IMG/VR virus record: IMGVR_UViG_3300046517_001303
From: a virus
Direction: 5' to 3' (one strand)
DNA length: 64,000 nucleotides
The notes under the pieces are model-generated. The model was not told where the DNA came from. It saw only the letters and a program-made list of their open reading frames with translations, and made no database searches. Each line of letters starts with the position of its first letter. Within the stretch, counting starts at the first letter, position 1. A program made the translations under genes and the position numbers. Positions 36,530 to 46,251 of the stretch are shown here, piece after piece.

Positions 36530-37098
36530 ACGACGAGCCACGGGTCTCGCTACCGCCAGGCGCAATGATACCGACGCGATCCGTCGCCGATTTGGAAGCC
36601 GAGATCACTAGGCTGAACACGCGACTTGATCTGGAGATCGGCAGCGCCGATATTCTTCGCAAAGATCGCGACAATCTTGCCGAAGAGATCAACCGCCTTC
36701 ACGACAGCATTATCAGCCTCTCCATCCACGGAGAAGATGACGATGGAAAATATTTATCAGTCCCGGAAATGAGCGTTGCGATGTTGCGCAAGCACAAGGG
36801 CGACCTGGAGGCCGAGATCGCGGCCCTGAAGATGTCGCTCGCCGGGCGCGACAAGGCCATCGAGTTGCTCAACAAGGGCATGGAGAGCCAGTGCGAGGAA
36901 ATGGACCGGCTCAAACAGAGTAATCGAAAGTTGCGATTGGCGCTAGATGTAGCCCAAAAGTCGATTCGGAACGTCCGCGACAACTACGACCACGAGGAAT
37001 ACACGTCGCAGCACCGCGACGGCTACGGCGGCAAGTGCCGTATGTGCGAGGCCGAAAACGCGATGACTGAAATTGCCGGGCTGCTGGAAGTAAGATAA
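36526..37098 (+). CDS. coiled-coil protein (190 aa)
   Basis: heptad-rich LEAEITRLNTRLDLEI..., C-terminal CRMCEAE. Confidence 0.45.
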   Translation: MNDEPRVSLPPGAMIPTRSVADLEAEITRLNTRLDLEIGSADILRKDRDNLAEEINRLHDSIISLSIHGEDDDGKYLSVPEMSVAMLRKHKGDLEAEIAALKMSLAGRDKAIELLNKGMESQCEEMDRLKQSNRKLRLALDVAQKSIRNVRDNYDHEEYTSQHRDGYGGKCRMCEAENAMTEIAGLLEVR

Positions 37099-37112
37099 AG
37101 CGAGGGTAGCCC

Positions 37113-37301
37113 ATGCCGAATCCGTGTAACACAATCACCGCCTGCAAAGGGAAGCGCCAGTACACGTCGAGAAAGGCCAAGATGGTCGCAAGCCGCATGA
37201 CCAAAGAGCTGGGCTACAAGATGAACTGGTATCGCTGCCGCCAGTGCGGATGCCACCACGTTGGGACCGCAAATGCGAAAAGTGTTCTCGGAAGCCATTG
37301 A
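37113..37301 (+). CDS. zinc-finger protein (62 aa)
   Basis: CNTITACKG ... CRQCGCHH. Confidence 0.35.
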   Translation: MPNPCNTITACKGKRQYTSRKAKMVASRMTKELGYKMNWYRCRQCGCHHVGTANAKSVLGSH

Positions 37302-37659
37302 ACAAGGCCGCGAGGTTCGCGCCCGTATCCCGTACTCGACGCTTCCCGGCGACCGATATGGGGCGTTCAAGGTCGCGTGCCCGACTGGCGCGATCCTGAC
37401 GATCATTGCCTGCTCTGGCGACCAGTGGGTCTCCGAGGGGATGCCGGGCGAGCCGTGGGACCATGTGAGCGTCAGCCTGCCCGGACGCACGCCGACCTGG
37501 GCCGAGATGTGCTGGGTTAAGGACGAGTTCTTCGAGGCCGAAGAGTGCGTTATGCAGCTGCACCCGCCGAAGAGTCAGTACGTTGACTGTCACCGCCATA
37601 CGCTACACCTGTGGAAACCGACCGTGCCGATCCCGATGCCGCCGAGGGAGTGCGTGTGA
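37261..37659 (+). CDS. hypothetical protein (about 130 aa)
   Basis: ORF; start could be MRKVFSE at ~37273. Confidence 0.4.
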   Translation: MGPQMRKVFSEAIEQGREVRARIPYSTLPGDRYGAFKVACPTGAILTIIACSGDQWVSEGMPGEPWDHVSVSLPGRTPTWAEMCWVKDEFFEAEECVMQLHPPKSQYVDCHRHTLHLWKPTVPIPMPPRECV

Positions 37660-37928
37660 AAGACGGACCATCTAAGATCGAGCTGACCGTCTGCGACGAG
37701 TGCCGCTTTTGCGACCACGTCGGCTGGAAGCGAAACCACACCGAGATCAGCGTCGCCGGCTATGGCTGCACGCACCCAGAGGTAATCGCGCACACGATGC
37801 CGCAGTATTCGTACCGCGTGTTCGGGGCGAAACCGGAGCAGTGGGTCCAGTTTGTGGCGCTGGAAATGGTGGGCCGCTCGCCGATCCCGCACGGCAACTG
37901 CCCATTCATGGAGAAAACCGATGTCTGA
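37656..37928 (+). CDS. hypothetical Cys-rich protein (about 90 aa)
   Basis: GTGA overlap, RBS GAGGGAG; CDECRFCDH. Confidence 0.35.
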   Translation: MKDGPSKIELTVCDECRFCDHVGWKRNHTEISVAGYGCTHPEVIAHTMPQYSYRVFGAKPEQWVQFVALEMVGRSPIPHGNCPFMEKTDV

Positions 37929-38349
37929 CCCAAATCAAAGCGTCGAGAGCATGGTCGCGGAGATGAATGAGCGACTGCCTCTGAACAGTAAAAAGCCGAT
38001 GGTGATCTGGTCGGGGACCGAGCCGCTGAAGCAGCAGGGCCGATTCCGCATTGTGGACCGCGGCCCGGCGCGCCCGGAGCGGCCGGACGACGTCCCGTTC
38101 GGCCTGGAGCAGTGCCTCGGCTGCAACTTCATGAAGCAGAAGGTCTGGGGACCGGTTAAGGGCCACTACGACGGCTCCGCCGGCCACGCCATGAACGCGC
38201 TGACGCACGCTCTGGGCCTGCTGTTGAGCGTGGACCCGAAGAAGCTGGACCTGAATCATCCACTATACTGTGAGCAGAATCTCAGTGTTGCCGAAGGGCG
38301 TGAGTCGCGTGGGTGCGACTGCGACCGGCCGGCAGACCCGACGGGGTGA
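37921..38349 (+). CDS. hypothetical protein (142 aa)
   Basis: ATGtcTGA overlap. Confidence 0.4.
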   Translation: MSDPNQSVESMVAEMNERLPLNSKKPMVIWSGTEPLKQQGRFRIVDRGPARPERPDDVPFGLEQCLGCNFMKQKVWGPVKGHYDGSAGHAMNALTHALGLLLSVDPKKLDLNHPLYCEQNLSVAEGRESRGCDCDRPADPTG

Positions 38350-38354
38350 TACAA

Positions 38355-38615
38355 ATGAATATGATCGCGACCGTACTAAACGCTGTCCCCGGCAAAGTGG
38401 AGCTGATTCCGATTCCCGACAGCGAACCCGTGCAGTTGGGCGTCGCCGACTTCAGCAAAAAGCACAACACTGACGTCCACGCCGAAGACTTCGTCGAGTA
38501 CGTCTACTTGTGCGACCGGCCAGACGGGCACCACGTTCTCGTGATCGGCGAGGTCGGCATCCGGCTCACGAAAGAGCAGATGGTCGAGTTGGAGCGATTC
38601 TTCAAAGAGACGTAA
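38355..38615 (+). CDS. hypothetical protein (86 aa)
   Basis: ORF. Confidence 0.4.
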   Translation: MNMIATVLNAVPGKVELIPIPDSEPVQLGVADFSKKHNTDVHAEDFVEYVYLCDRPDGHHVLVIGEVGIRLTKEQMVELERFFKET

Positions 38616-39346
38616 TGACCATCCTCACCGATCCGATGTACCAAGCCATGATCCGCTGTGTGATCTCCGCGCCGGACGATGACGGCCCGCGGCTTGTGAT
38701 GGCGGACTGGCTTGAGGAGCAGGGCGACAGCGACCGCGCGGAATTCATTCGTGTCCAGTGCGAGTTGGCGACGATGGGGCCGTCGATTGATATCCCCACA
38801 GACTCAAAACTGCGAAATCACAGAATATTAACCGAACTTCTGAATGATCCCGAGTGCGTCAAAGCTAACTCGCTTCGCGATCTCGAACGGCATCTGTGGG
38901 TACACAATTGCTCGAAGTGGTTTCTCGACCACCCTTTCTGCACGGCACTCGCTCGGCGGGACGCCTGCAATAATCCCTGCCACGGGTTCCCGACGAGAGG
39001 GTTTATCTCGGCCATCGCCTCCTCGTGGGGGCATTGGGCTGTCCACGCCGACCAAATCCTGGCCGCGCAGCCGGTGACGGAAGTCGAGATCGTCGGCCCG
39101 GTGCCGATCCATCTGGTCGCGGGTGGTCGGTTCAGGCGGCTCGGCGGGCCGCGGACGTGGCGAATTAGGAACGAGACGGCGGATTTTAACTACGGCGAGA
39201 CGGCTTACGCGATTGTGGACACGCTCCTGCGGAAAGAGTGGCCGTCGGTGAAAAAGTGGCGTGGTGGACCGGATACGTTTGCGACGGAAGAGGATGAAGG
39301 GGTCATGCCCAGGTTCGCCTCGTCCACGCTGCCGATAGAGGAATAA
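38615..39346 (+). CDS. TIGR02996-like domain protein (243 aa)
   Basis: ...DDDGPRLVMADWLEEQGDSDRAEFIRVQCELA... Confidence 0.55.
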   Translation: MTILTDPMYQAMIRCVISAPDDDGPRLVMADWLEEQGDSDRAEFIRVQCELATMGPSIDIPTDSKLRNHRILTELLNDPECVKANSLRDLERHLWVHNCSKWFLDHPFCTALARRDACNNPCHGFPTRGFISAIASSWGHWAVHADQILAAQPVTEVEIVGPVPIHLVAGGRFRRLGGPRTWRIRNETADFNYGETAYAIVDTLLRKEWPSVKKWRGGPDTFATEEDEGVMPRFASSTLPIEE

Positions 39347-39696
39347 CGCCCGTCGCGGGAAAATTTTTTGCCGGGGACTTGAAAATCGCGCCAGAAGTCA
39401 TAGACTGTACTACGGCTAAGCAAACTCGTGAGACCAGGGGCGAGTGTAATGCCCGTCCCTGGTCCTCATTTCTACGAAACGCTTGGCCGGTGACTCCTCA
39501 ACACGGTAGTTTGTTTAGCCACAACCCACCGTGACGTACAAGCGAGCAAAGCGACATCGTCCGAGGTGCGCTCGCACCTGAAATCGGCACGTCGTCTCGC
39601 GGCCAAGGAGGCGGATCATTAGCCACGGCCTTGTCTGCCGAGGCGTCCGCCAGTCAGTGGCAAGAGCCATCCGCATAGGCTGCGGAGTCCGTCGCG

Positions 39697-41742
39697 ATGC
39701 TCAGCAAGGACCAAATTCTCTCGTATTTCTCCAGTGTCGGCTCGCCGTTCGAGAGCGGCTGGTTTCCGATCAACTGCCCATGTCACGACGATAAGCACGC
39801 GAGCGCCAGTGGCGTCTACGACGACACCGGGTTCTCGTTCAAGTGCCACTGCTGCGGCGCGAAGACCCAGGAGGTGGTCGCCGAACTCGGCCTCAGTATG
39901 TCCGACGTGCGGCCATCGGGCAGTAGTGCATTCCGGGGGTCGAAGAAACCGGGCGGCTTCTCGCCTAAGCCGAAGCCGCAAAAGATGTCGGTGGAAGACG
40001 TTACGGCGATTGCTGAGGCCGCGGTCGGCGACGACGAGCCGATTGAGCAGCTGGCCAGCATTCTTCATGTTCGTCCGGAAGCACTGAAGGCGCTTGGGGT
40101 TGGGTATATCGAGCATGGCCGTTACCCAAGCGGCGAGGCGGAGGAGCCGTACTGGACCTTCCCCGAGCGCGACGACCAGGGCCAGATCGTCGGGGTGAAC
40201 AAGCGGTACAAGCGGGGCAAGAAGCTGCACATTAAGGGTAGCGCCCGCGGGCTGATCTATGCGCCTGGCGTCCTGGACAGCGACCCGGACCTGATCCTGT
40301 GCCCGGAGGGCGGTTCCGACGTGGCGGCGTGCGGGTCGATGGGGATCGCGGCGGTCGGCCGGCCTGGGAACGACAGCGGCGTCGAAATGCTGGCCAACTT
40401 CCTGGCCCCGCACATCTACCAGAAGTCGCAGAAGGAACCCAAGATCGTCATCATGGGCGAGTGGGACCAGAAGGAACCTTCAGAGCAACACCCGAACGGA
40501 CTCTGGCCAGGCCGGGACGGCGCGATCAAGACGGCCGAGGCTCTCACTAAACGGTTAGGGATCACCGTTTACTGGTGCATGACTCCGAAGGGGAACTTAC
40601 CCAAACAGCCCAAAGACCTCAGATCGACAATCAGTGATCGGTACGGCTACCGGTCCGAGGAATACTACCGCGCGCTCGGCGCGCGCCTGACAGATGCCAT
40701 TCTGGCAGAGATGGTTCCTGTCCAGACTGCCCAGATTACCCATATTGAAGAGGAAGCCGGTAGTAAGCCTACGGAATTTGTGGACATTTTGGCTTCTGGA
40801 CCCCAAATCCACTACCATTCCGACGATTGCGATCATCATGGTGATGATTACTCGGTAGCGGAAATGTCCATAAATTCCGTAGGGATTCTACTACCGTCTC
40901 AGCGCGAGCAGGAATGGGACGGCACCCGCCTAGACACGACCAAAGACCTCTGTGAAATTGACGACGACGCCAGGTTCGACAAGATGGAGTTTTGCCAGAG
41001 CGGGATCACGGCCATCCTTCAGGGGTGCAACCGGATGGCCGGCAGGCTCACCAACGCCAAGCTGGGCTGCGAGAAGATCGTTTCCTGTCCAGCCTGCGCC
41101 TGCCGGGCGCGGATCGCCAAGTACGAGTATGCCTCCGAATGTTTCTCGGTCGCGATGGCGGCAGGCGCGACCATCTCCTACCGGTACGTCAAGCCGGAAC
41201 ACGTCGTCACGGTCCATAAAGCCGTGCGCCGGGCCGGCTACGAGTACAAGGACATCGAGCTATCCAACGGCGCTGTTCTCATTATGATCGCCCCCCGGAC
41301 CGAAAACGGCGTCGTTCTGGCCCACAAAAAGCTGCCGGCCGGCTTCACCAGCACCGACATCCCGTACAAGCTCCTGCGGATGGGTGTCGCGAACATGAAC
41401 GTCTCGGTCTCGACGCCGGTTTCTTCGTCGCGCGGCTGGGAGTACGAGCCGCCGCCGAAGGAAAAGAACTGGAAGATGAAGAAGATCGCGTCGGTTTCCT
41501 TCGCCAAAGTCACCTGGAAGTTCCAGGACTACCTGGAAAACCTGGATTACGATAAGCTGCGCGGCGAGAAAATGGAGCGATCTGTCACGGGAACAATCCC
41601 GAGGCACTGGACCCAGGAAATGGTCGATACAGCCATCGAGTGGATGGCGATGGGTAAGGACATACCCGACGACTGGCACCGGCCAAATCTCTCCGATCTT
41701 GGCGAAGCCTTCGTCGCCGGGTGGACACGGGAGGCAGCATGA
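39697..41742 (+). CDS. DNA primase (zinc-binding domain + TOPRIM) with large C-terminal domain
   Basis: CPCHDDKHASASG...FKCHCCGA zinc finger; TOPRIM LILCPEGGSDVAACGSMGIAAVGRPGND...IMGEWD. Confidence 0.75.
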   Translation: MLSKDQILSYFSSVGSPFESGWFPINCPCHDDKHASASGVYDDTGFSFKCHCCGAKTQEVVAELGLSMSDVRPSGSSAFRGSKKPGGFSPKPKPQKMSVEDVTAIAEAAVGDDEPIEQLASILHVRPEALKALGVGYIEHGRYPSGEAEEPYWTFPERDDQGQIVGVNKRYKRGKKLHIKGSARGLIYAPGVLDSDPDLILCPEGGSDVAACGSMGIAAVGRPGNDSGVEMLANFLAPHIYQKSQKEPKIVIMGEWDQKEPSEQHPNGLWPGRDGAIKTAEALTKRLGITVYWCMTPKGNLPKQPKDLRSTISDRYGYRSEEYYRALGARLTDAILAEMVPVQTAQITHIEEEAGSKPTEFVDILASGPQIHYHSDDCDHHGDDYSVAEMSINSVGILLPSQREQEWDGTRLDTTKDLCEIDDDARFDKMEFCQSGITAILQGCNRMAGRLTNAKLGCEKIVSCPACACRARIAKYEYASECFSVAMAAGATISYRYVKPEHVVTVHKAVRRAGYEYKDIELSNGAVLIMIAPRTENGVVLAHKKLPAGFTSTDIPYKLLRMGVANMNVSVSTPVSSSRGWEYEPPPKEKNWKMKKIASVSFAKVTWKFQDYLENLDYDKLRGEKMERSVTGTIPRHWTQEMVDTAIEWMAMGKDIPDDWHRPNLSDLGEAFVAGWTREAA

Positions 41743-42038
41743 AAGAGCGACCGGCAAAACTGAGAAAGCACGATACCGCCGACTACGAGTGCATTGGCAC
41801 TTACCCTCGCAGCGTCACGCTCGACCGGCTCCGCGAGGCCGTTATCGCGGCGGGCGTGCCGATGGAACAAGAGACAAATGGCCATTACGAAGACGCCTTT
41901 GCCTACGAGAAACCCGGATCGTGGCCCGACGAGAAGTGGGAGCGATTCCTGAAAGCACTGAGAAACTGGCGCAACTACAAGCCGGAGAAGTTCGGCGTCT
42001 TCGCAACCTTCCGGGACGACGTCGATGCCAAACCCTAA
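41739..42038 (+). CDS. hypothetical protein (99 aa)
   Basis: ATGA overlap with the primase gene. Confidence 0.4.
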   Translation: MKERPAKLRKHDTADYECIGTYPRSVTLDRLREAVIAAGVPMEQETNGHYEDAFAYEKPGSWPDEKWERFLKALRNWRNYKPEKFGVFATFRDDVDAKP

Positions 42039-42273
42039 TCTCTTCGACGACGACGAGCCGGAGGTCCACTACGAGGTCGGCACCGTCACCAATTGCACCC
42101 CCGAGACGCTGCTGGCCTTTCTGCGCCAAGTCTGGCGGGATGGCCAGCGGTCGCCCACTCTGGCCGAATGCAAGAAGAAGTTCAGCGGCATCCTGGCCCC
42201 GATGTTCATGGGATGGGAACTAGAGAAACGCGGTCTTCTCAAAGACGGGAAGCCGAAGATGGAGGATGAATGA
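42025..42273 (+). CDS. hypothetical protein (82 aa)
   Basis: ORF. Confidence 0.35.
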   Translation: MPNPNLFDDDEPEVHYEVGTVTNCTPETLLAFLRQVWRDGQRSPTLAECKKKFSGILAPMFMGWELEKRGLLKDGKPKMEDE

Positions 42274-42467
42274 CTTGCGCCCGATGCAAGGCCGACGAGA
42301 CTCTTATCGAATCGCTGATTCCAGGTGAACCTTACGGCCTCGGCCTGAAGACAGAATTCATCTGCGCCGGCTGCGCTCGCGAGAAGATGGGGCTGCCGCG
42401 AGAGCGTCCACCAGAAAAACCCAAAAAATCTAAAAAGAAACAGATTAAACAAAAGTTGATGTTTTAA
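42270..42467 (+). CDS. zinc-ribbon protein (65 aa)
   Basis: CARCKADE ... CAGCAREK; ATGA overlap. Confidence 0.35.
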   Translation: MTCARCKADETLIESLIPGEPYGLGLKTEFICAGCAREKMGLPRERPPEKPKKSKKKQIKQKLMF

Positions 42468-42468
42468 T

Positions 42469-42867
42469 ATGAAACCGATCCCAGGCCACGATCTCTACGT
42501 TACCCTGACACTGGACACGCTCTTCCTCCCCGACTCCCACCCGCCCTCTATCTTCTACGCGCCATCGCCCTCCAGCCAGTTGGACGCCTACCAGCCGCTC
42601 ACGCCTGCCTTTTGGGCCTGGCTGCGCCAGCGGGTCGCCAACGCCTCACGCACCAACCCGGCCGCGGTCGCCTCCACCAGCGCGATCCGCGAGTCGCTCC
42701 AGGAGTACGTTACCCTGCGCTACACGTCTTCCGAACTGGCTGCCGCGACGCCGGCCATCCTCGAACCGCCCTACTCGCCGTCCGACCTCGCAGCCCTCAC
42801 CACTCTCACTCCATCTCACCCATTCGTCCATACCAAGACCATGACGGCGTGGCTTCCGCGGACCTGA
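42469..42867 (+). CDS. hypothetical Pro/Ser/Thr-rich protein (132 aa)
   Basis: ORF. Confidence 0.4.
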   Translation: MKPIPGHDLYVTLTLDTLFLPDSHPPSIFYAPSPSSQLDAYQPLTPAFWAWLRQRVANASRTNPAAVASTSAIRESLQEYVTLRYTSSELAAATPAILEPPYSPSDLAALTTLTPSHPFVHTKTMTAWLPRT

Positions 42868-42886
42868 AAATATTTTCCATTTCCTC

Positions 42887-42914
42887 TTGACTTTGTGACG
42901 CAAGTTCGTAAAGT
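42887..42914 (+). promoter_or_regulatory. sigma70-like promoter TTGACT-N16-TAAAGT with GTGACG/TGACGTCA operator-like repeats
   Basis: shares a ~25-nt block (TTTCCATTTCC.CTTG) with the region upstream of the sigma-factor gene at ~47725. Confidence 0.35.
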
Positions 42915-42945
42915 GACGTCATGAGCGTATCTAATCGGAGACGAA

Positions 42946-43155
42946 ATGGCAAAACAAAAAACCTCTTATCGGGTTCCGAAGGGGATGGTAAGGATCAGCA
43001 CCTACATCCCCGAGCCGACGCTCGAAAAGCTGTGGAAGAGCGTTGGCCATTTGTCGTCTAATGGCCGGCGGGTGACAATGTCATCGGCACTGACTGCGAT
43101 CATCGAAGAGTATCACGCTCGACTCCCAGGAGGGAAAAATGTCAGCAAACAGTAA
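42946..43155 (+). CDS. ribbon-helix-helix (CopG/Arc/ParG-like) DNA-binding protein
   Basis: MVRISTYIPEPTLEKLWKSV... beta-strand then two helices; 69 aa. Confidence 0.45.
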   Translation: MAKQKTSYRVPKGMVRISTYIPEPTLEKLWKSVGHLSSNGRRVTMSSALTAIIEEYHARLPGGKNVSKQ

Positions 43156-44203
43156 CGGCATCGCTCTCAGTGAAGTTCTCGGCATCTCGAACCGGATGCA
43201 GTTTCACGGGGACGCCAATCTAGGAAACGATTTGCCTTCGCCGCTCGACCTCGGCGAGTCGCTCTCGCTCGTTTCCAATCGGACGGTCGAGCTGTCCACC
43301 GATTTCGCGACCCGCATCTTGCAGTTGAACGAATTCGTGGTCAACGACTCGGCGGTGGACCGAAACCTTCGCGACAACCACGTCGAGTATCTCGTGTCCT
43401 GTATGCAGCGCGGCCTGTTCCGGCCGGAGTGGGTGTCGGTTATCACCTGCGAGTGCGAAGAGGCTATCGACCCAAACCCGCCCTTCTCCGAATACCGGAT
43501 GAACGGCCAGCACTGCGCCTGGGCGCGTATCGAGTACGCTCGACTGACCGGCAACTCCGAGTACCGTTGTGCCGTGCGGCACATGAAGTACAAGGCGAAG
43601 ACCATCGCCGACATGCGGGTTCTCTACACGTCCATCGACCGTGGAGCGCCCCGCACCGCCGGCAACGTCATCAACGCACACTTGGCCGGCACCCCCGGTT
43701 TCGTCGGCGTGCCGAAGCGGATGATTACCCTCCTGGCCTCTGGCTTGGCTCACTGGCTGGAAGTCCCCGGCTCTGGCATCCTGCTCGACCCGGACACGAA
43801 GGCCGTCTACATGCAGCAGAAGTACCGCGACCTCACGCTCGCGGTGAAAGAATGGATGATGGACAAGGTCCGGACGGACAAGACGGTCCTGCCGATCTTC
43901 CAGCGTGCCCCGGTCGCCGGCGCTCTTTTCGACACGTTCAACAAGTTGCCGTCCCGTGCCCACGAGTTCTGGGACGTGGTGGCTACCGGCATCGGTGTCG
44001 CGCAAGTCAGCGATCCGCGATACCGGCTCCGTGAGCGGCTCCGTACCTCGTCTCTTCGCGCCAAGGGGTTCAACCGGCGCGAGAAGTCGGACGCGGAAGA
44101 CATGTACTCGTGGTGCATCAACGCCTGGAACAACTGGCGGGCCGGGAAAGAAGTGACGGCACTCAAGGGCGCTCACGCGGGCGTGCGACCGAAGGCGAAG
44201 TAG
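43139..44203 (+). CDS. hypothetical protein, possibly ParB/nuclease-like partner of the RHH protein (354 aa)
   Basis: gene pairing with RHH gene; no motif I can assign with confidence. Confidence 0.35.
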   Translation: MSANSNGIALSEVLGISNRMQFHGDANLGNDLPSPLDLGESLSLVSNRTVELSTDFATRILQLNEFVVNDSAVDRNLRDNHVEYLVSCMQRGLFRPEWVSVITCECEEAIDPNPPFSEYRMNGQHCAWARIEYARLTGNSEYRCAVRHMKYKAKTIADMRVLYTSIDRGAPRTAGNVINAHLAGTPGFVGVPKRMITLLASGLAHWLEVPGSGILLDPDTKAVYMQQKYRDLTLAVKEWMMDKVRTDKTVLPIFQRAPVAGALFDTFNKLPSRAHEFWDVVATGIGVAQVSDPRYRLRERLRTSSLRAKGFNRREKSDAEDMYSWCINAWNNWRAGKEVTALKGAHAGVRPKAK

Positions 44204-44212
44204 GAGGCTCTT

Positions 44213-44404
44213 ATGGAAGTCTGGACGTGCAAGATCGGCGGTCATGCCGATGTTCCCAGCGGCGGCGACTTCCCGATGCGTCAGGCCATCAAGAAAGCCT
44301 ACCGCGAATTGACCGGGAAAGACTGCGAATTCCTGTTCAGCGGGTGGGGCGGGAGCCTGACGGAAATCGAAGCCGAGGTGATTCGCCGCCAAGATAGCCA
44401 GTAA
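44213..44404 (+). CDS. hypothetical protein (63 aa)
   Basis: RBS GGAGgctcttATG. Confidence 0.3.
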   Translation: MEVWTCKIGGHADVPSGGDFPMRQAIKKAYRELTGKDCEFLFSGWGGSLTEIEAEVIRRQDSQ

Positions 44405-44421
44405 CCTCAAGGAGACTCTTT

Positions 44422-46203
44422 GTGTCTATGGCCACAGGCCCGCCGATTGTTCACGACCGAGATGCGGTCATGGACATCTCCACATGGCCGCTGTCCAAAT
44501 GGATCGAATTTCTGATCTTTACCCGTCAGATTTTTGAACCGGTCGGGAAAATGCTGCTACAGCTCCCCGAAGACGTCCAGCGTTCGATTCTGTCTAACAC
44601 GGGCCTGCTGCCGCCCGAATCCGCAGCGCCACCATTAACCCAAGAGGAGCCTTATTCAATGGCCATCGGCGAGAAGACGAAATCCGCCAAGGACGTGACG
44701 ATCAGCCGCGCGCCGGTTCTTCAGATCACGGTCCCCGAAAAAATGCCGCTGCGTGAAGCCGCGGACTGGCTGATCCGCAAGGACCAGCAGGAAGACAAAA
44801 AGGTCGCGGTCTACCACGAGATCGACGCCTTCCCGCTCGACGGGGCGGTCGCGTTCCGCGACGCGCTGGCCGAAATCTACGGCTTCGTGGAGGGTGCCGA
44901 CATCCCTGGTGGGTTCTTCGAGCCGGACCAGCCGCCGATCATGGTCGGTGTACCAACCGGTCAGGACACCATGCGGCAGGTGCCGTGGGGCCGGATCGTG
45001 ATCCCTGGCGTCGCCGGCTTCCTGGAGACCTCGCTCCGAGTCAACCCGATGCCGAAGTTCGTCATCAATGGCGAGACCAAGCAGCGGCATTTGCCGGAGA
45101 TCGAAGCCATCGTGAAGGCGACCAAGGATCGGCTCGCGACTCACTCGGTCTATCGCGGCAAGGCGATCCGGCTGGACCTCTCGTGGCTGCGAGAGCCGAA
45201 CCCGGCGAAGATTTTCTCGCCGACCGGCCACGCTCCGCGATTCACCATCCCCATCGACAAGATTCGGGAAGACGAGTTGGTCTTTTCGGGGCCGGTGCAG
45301 AGCGACGTGGACCTGGGCCTGTTCACGCCAATCGAACATTCCGGCCTCTGTCGCGAACACAAGATTCCGCTCAAGCGCGGTATCCTGCTTTCCGGCGAGT
45401 ACGGGGTGGGCAAGACGCTCCTGTCTTCAGTCACCGCCAAGAAGGCCGTGACCAACGGCTGGACGTTCATCTACCTGACGAACGCGCTCGACATGGCCCA
45501 GGGGTTCCGGTTCGCGGCGATGTACGCTCCGGCGGTACTCTTCGTGGAAGACGGCGACCGGGTGGTCGGCGGCGACGACCGAACGGAAGACATCGACGCG
45601 GTCCTGAACGCCTTCGACGGCGTGGACACGAAGAACGTGGAGATCATCACGGTCATCACGACCAACCACCTGGAGAAGATGAACCAGGCGATCCTGCGGC
45701 CGGGCCGCTGCGATACTCTGATCCAGATCACTCGCCCCGACGCTGCGGCGGCGATCCGTTTGGTCTTGCTCTACGGTCGCGGTCTGTTCGACCCGACCAC
45801 CGACTTCCCGAAGATCGGCGATGCGCTGGCCAACCACCTGCCGGCCGAAATCCGGGAGGCGGTCGAGCGTGCGAAGCTGGCGGCGGTCCGCCGGGTTCGC
45901 GGCCCCATCGAGGGCAAGGTCCGCGAGCAGGACGTTCTGTCGGCCGTCCACGCGATGAGCCACCAGCACGATCTGCTCCAGCCGAAGTCCACGGACCCAC
46001 GCGGCATCCTGGAGCGGGTGGGCGATGCGTTCGGCGAGCGGGTTGGCGATGCGGTCGCGGATGGGTTCGACAAGGCGACGGCAACGCTGCTGAACGGGCT
46101 TCAGCAGATCGGATACAAAGCCAACGATATGCGAGGCGCTGCCGACCGGATGGACGACGACGAAGACGTGATGGTCCTGGCCGGCACCAACGGCCACGGC
46201 TAA
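44422..46203 (+). CDS. AAA-family ATPase with ~300-aa N-terminal domain of unknown function
   Basis: Walker A GEYGVGKT, Walker B VLFVEDGD, sensor/arginine-finger region ITTNHLEKMNQAILRPGRCD. Confidence 0.65.
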   Translation: MSMATGPPIVHDRDAVMDISTWPLSKWIEFLIFTRQIFEPVGKMLLQLPEDVQRSILSNTGLLPPESAAPPLTQEEPYSMAIGEKTKSAKDVTISRAPVLQITVPEKMPLREAADWLIRKDQQEDKKVAVYHEIDAFPLDGAVAFRDALAEIYGFVEGADIPGGFFEPDQPPIMVGVPTGQDTMRQVPWGRIVIPGVAGFLETSLRVNPMPKFVINGETKQRHLPEIEAIVKATKDRLATHSVYRGKAIRLDLSWLREPNPAKIFSPTGHAPRFTIPIDKIREDELVFSGPVQSDVDLGLFTPIEHSGLCREHKIPLKRGILLSGEYGVGKTLLSSVTAKKAVTNGWTFIYLTNALDMAQGFRFAAMYAPAVLFVEDGDRVVGGDDRTEDIDAVLNAFDGVDTKNVEIITVITTNHLEKMNQAILRPGRCDTLIQITRPDAAAAIRLVLLYGRGLFDPTTDFPKIGDALANHLPAEIREAVERAKLAAVRRVRGPIEGKVREQDVLSAVHAMSHQHDLLQPKSTDPRGILERVGDAFGERVGDAVADGFDKATATLLNGLQQIGYKANDMRGAADRMDDDEDVMVLAGTNGHG

Positions 46204-46251
46204 ACTTGTTCACTCAAGCGGCGGGGACATCCACCCGCCTTTGAGGTTCCC

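Noticed and set aside
43220-44410. 396-aa minus-strand ORF
   Set aside because: Antisense to the 43139-44203 gene that is part of a coupled plus-strand operon; typical high-GC shadow ORF.
44985-46244. 419-aa plus-strand ORF in alternate frame of the AAA ATPase gene, and minus ORFs 45427-46197 and 45728-46213
   Set aside because: Pure Arg/Gly/Pro compositional artefacts; the ATPase frame carries Walker A/B and sensor motifs.
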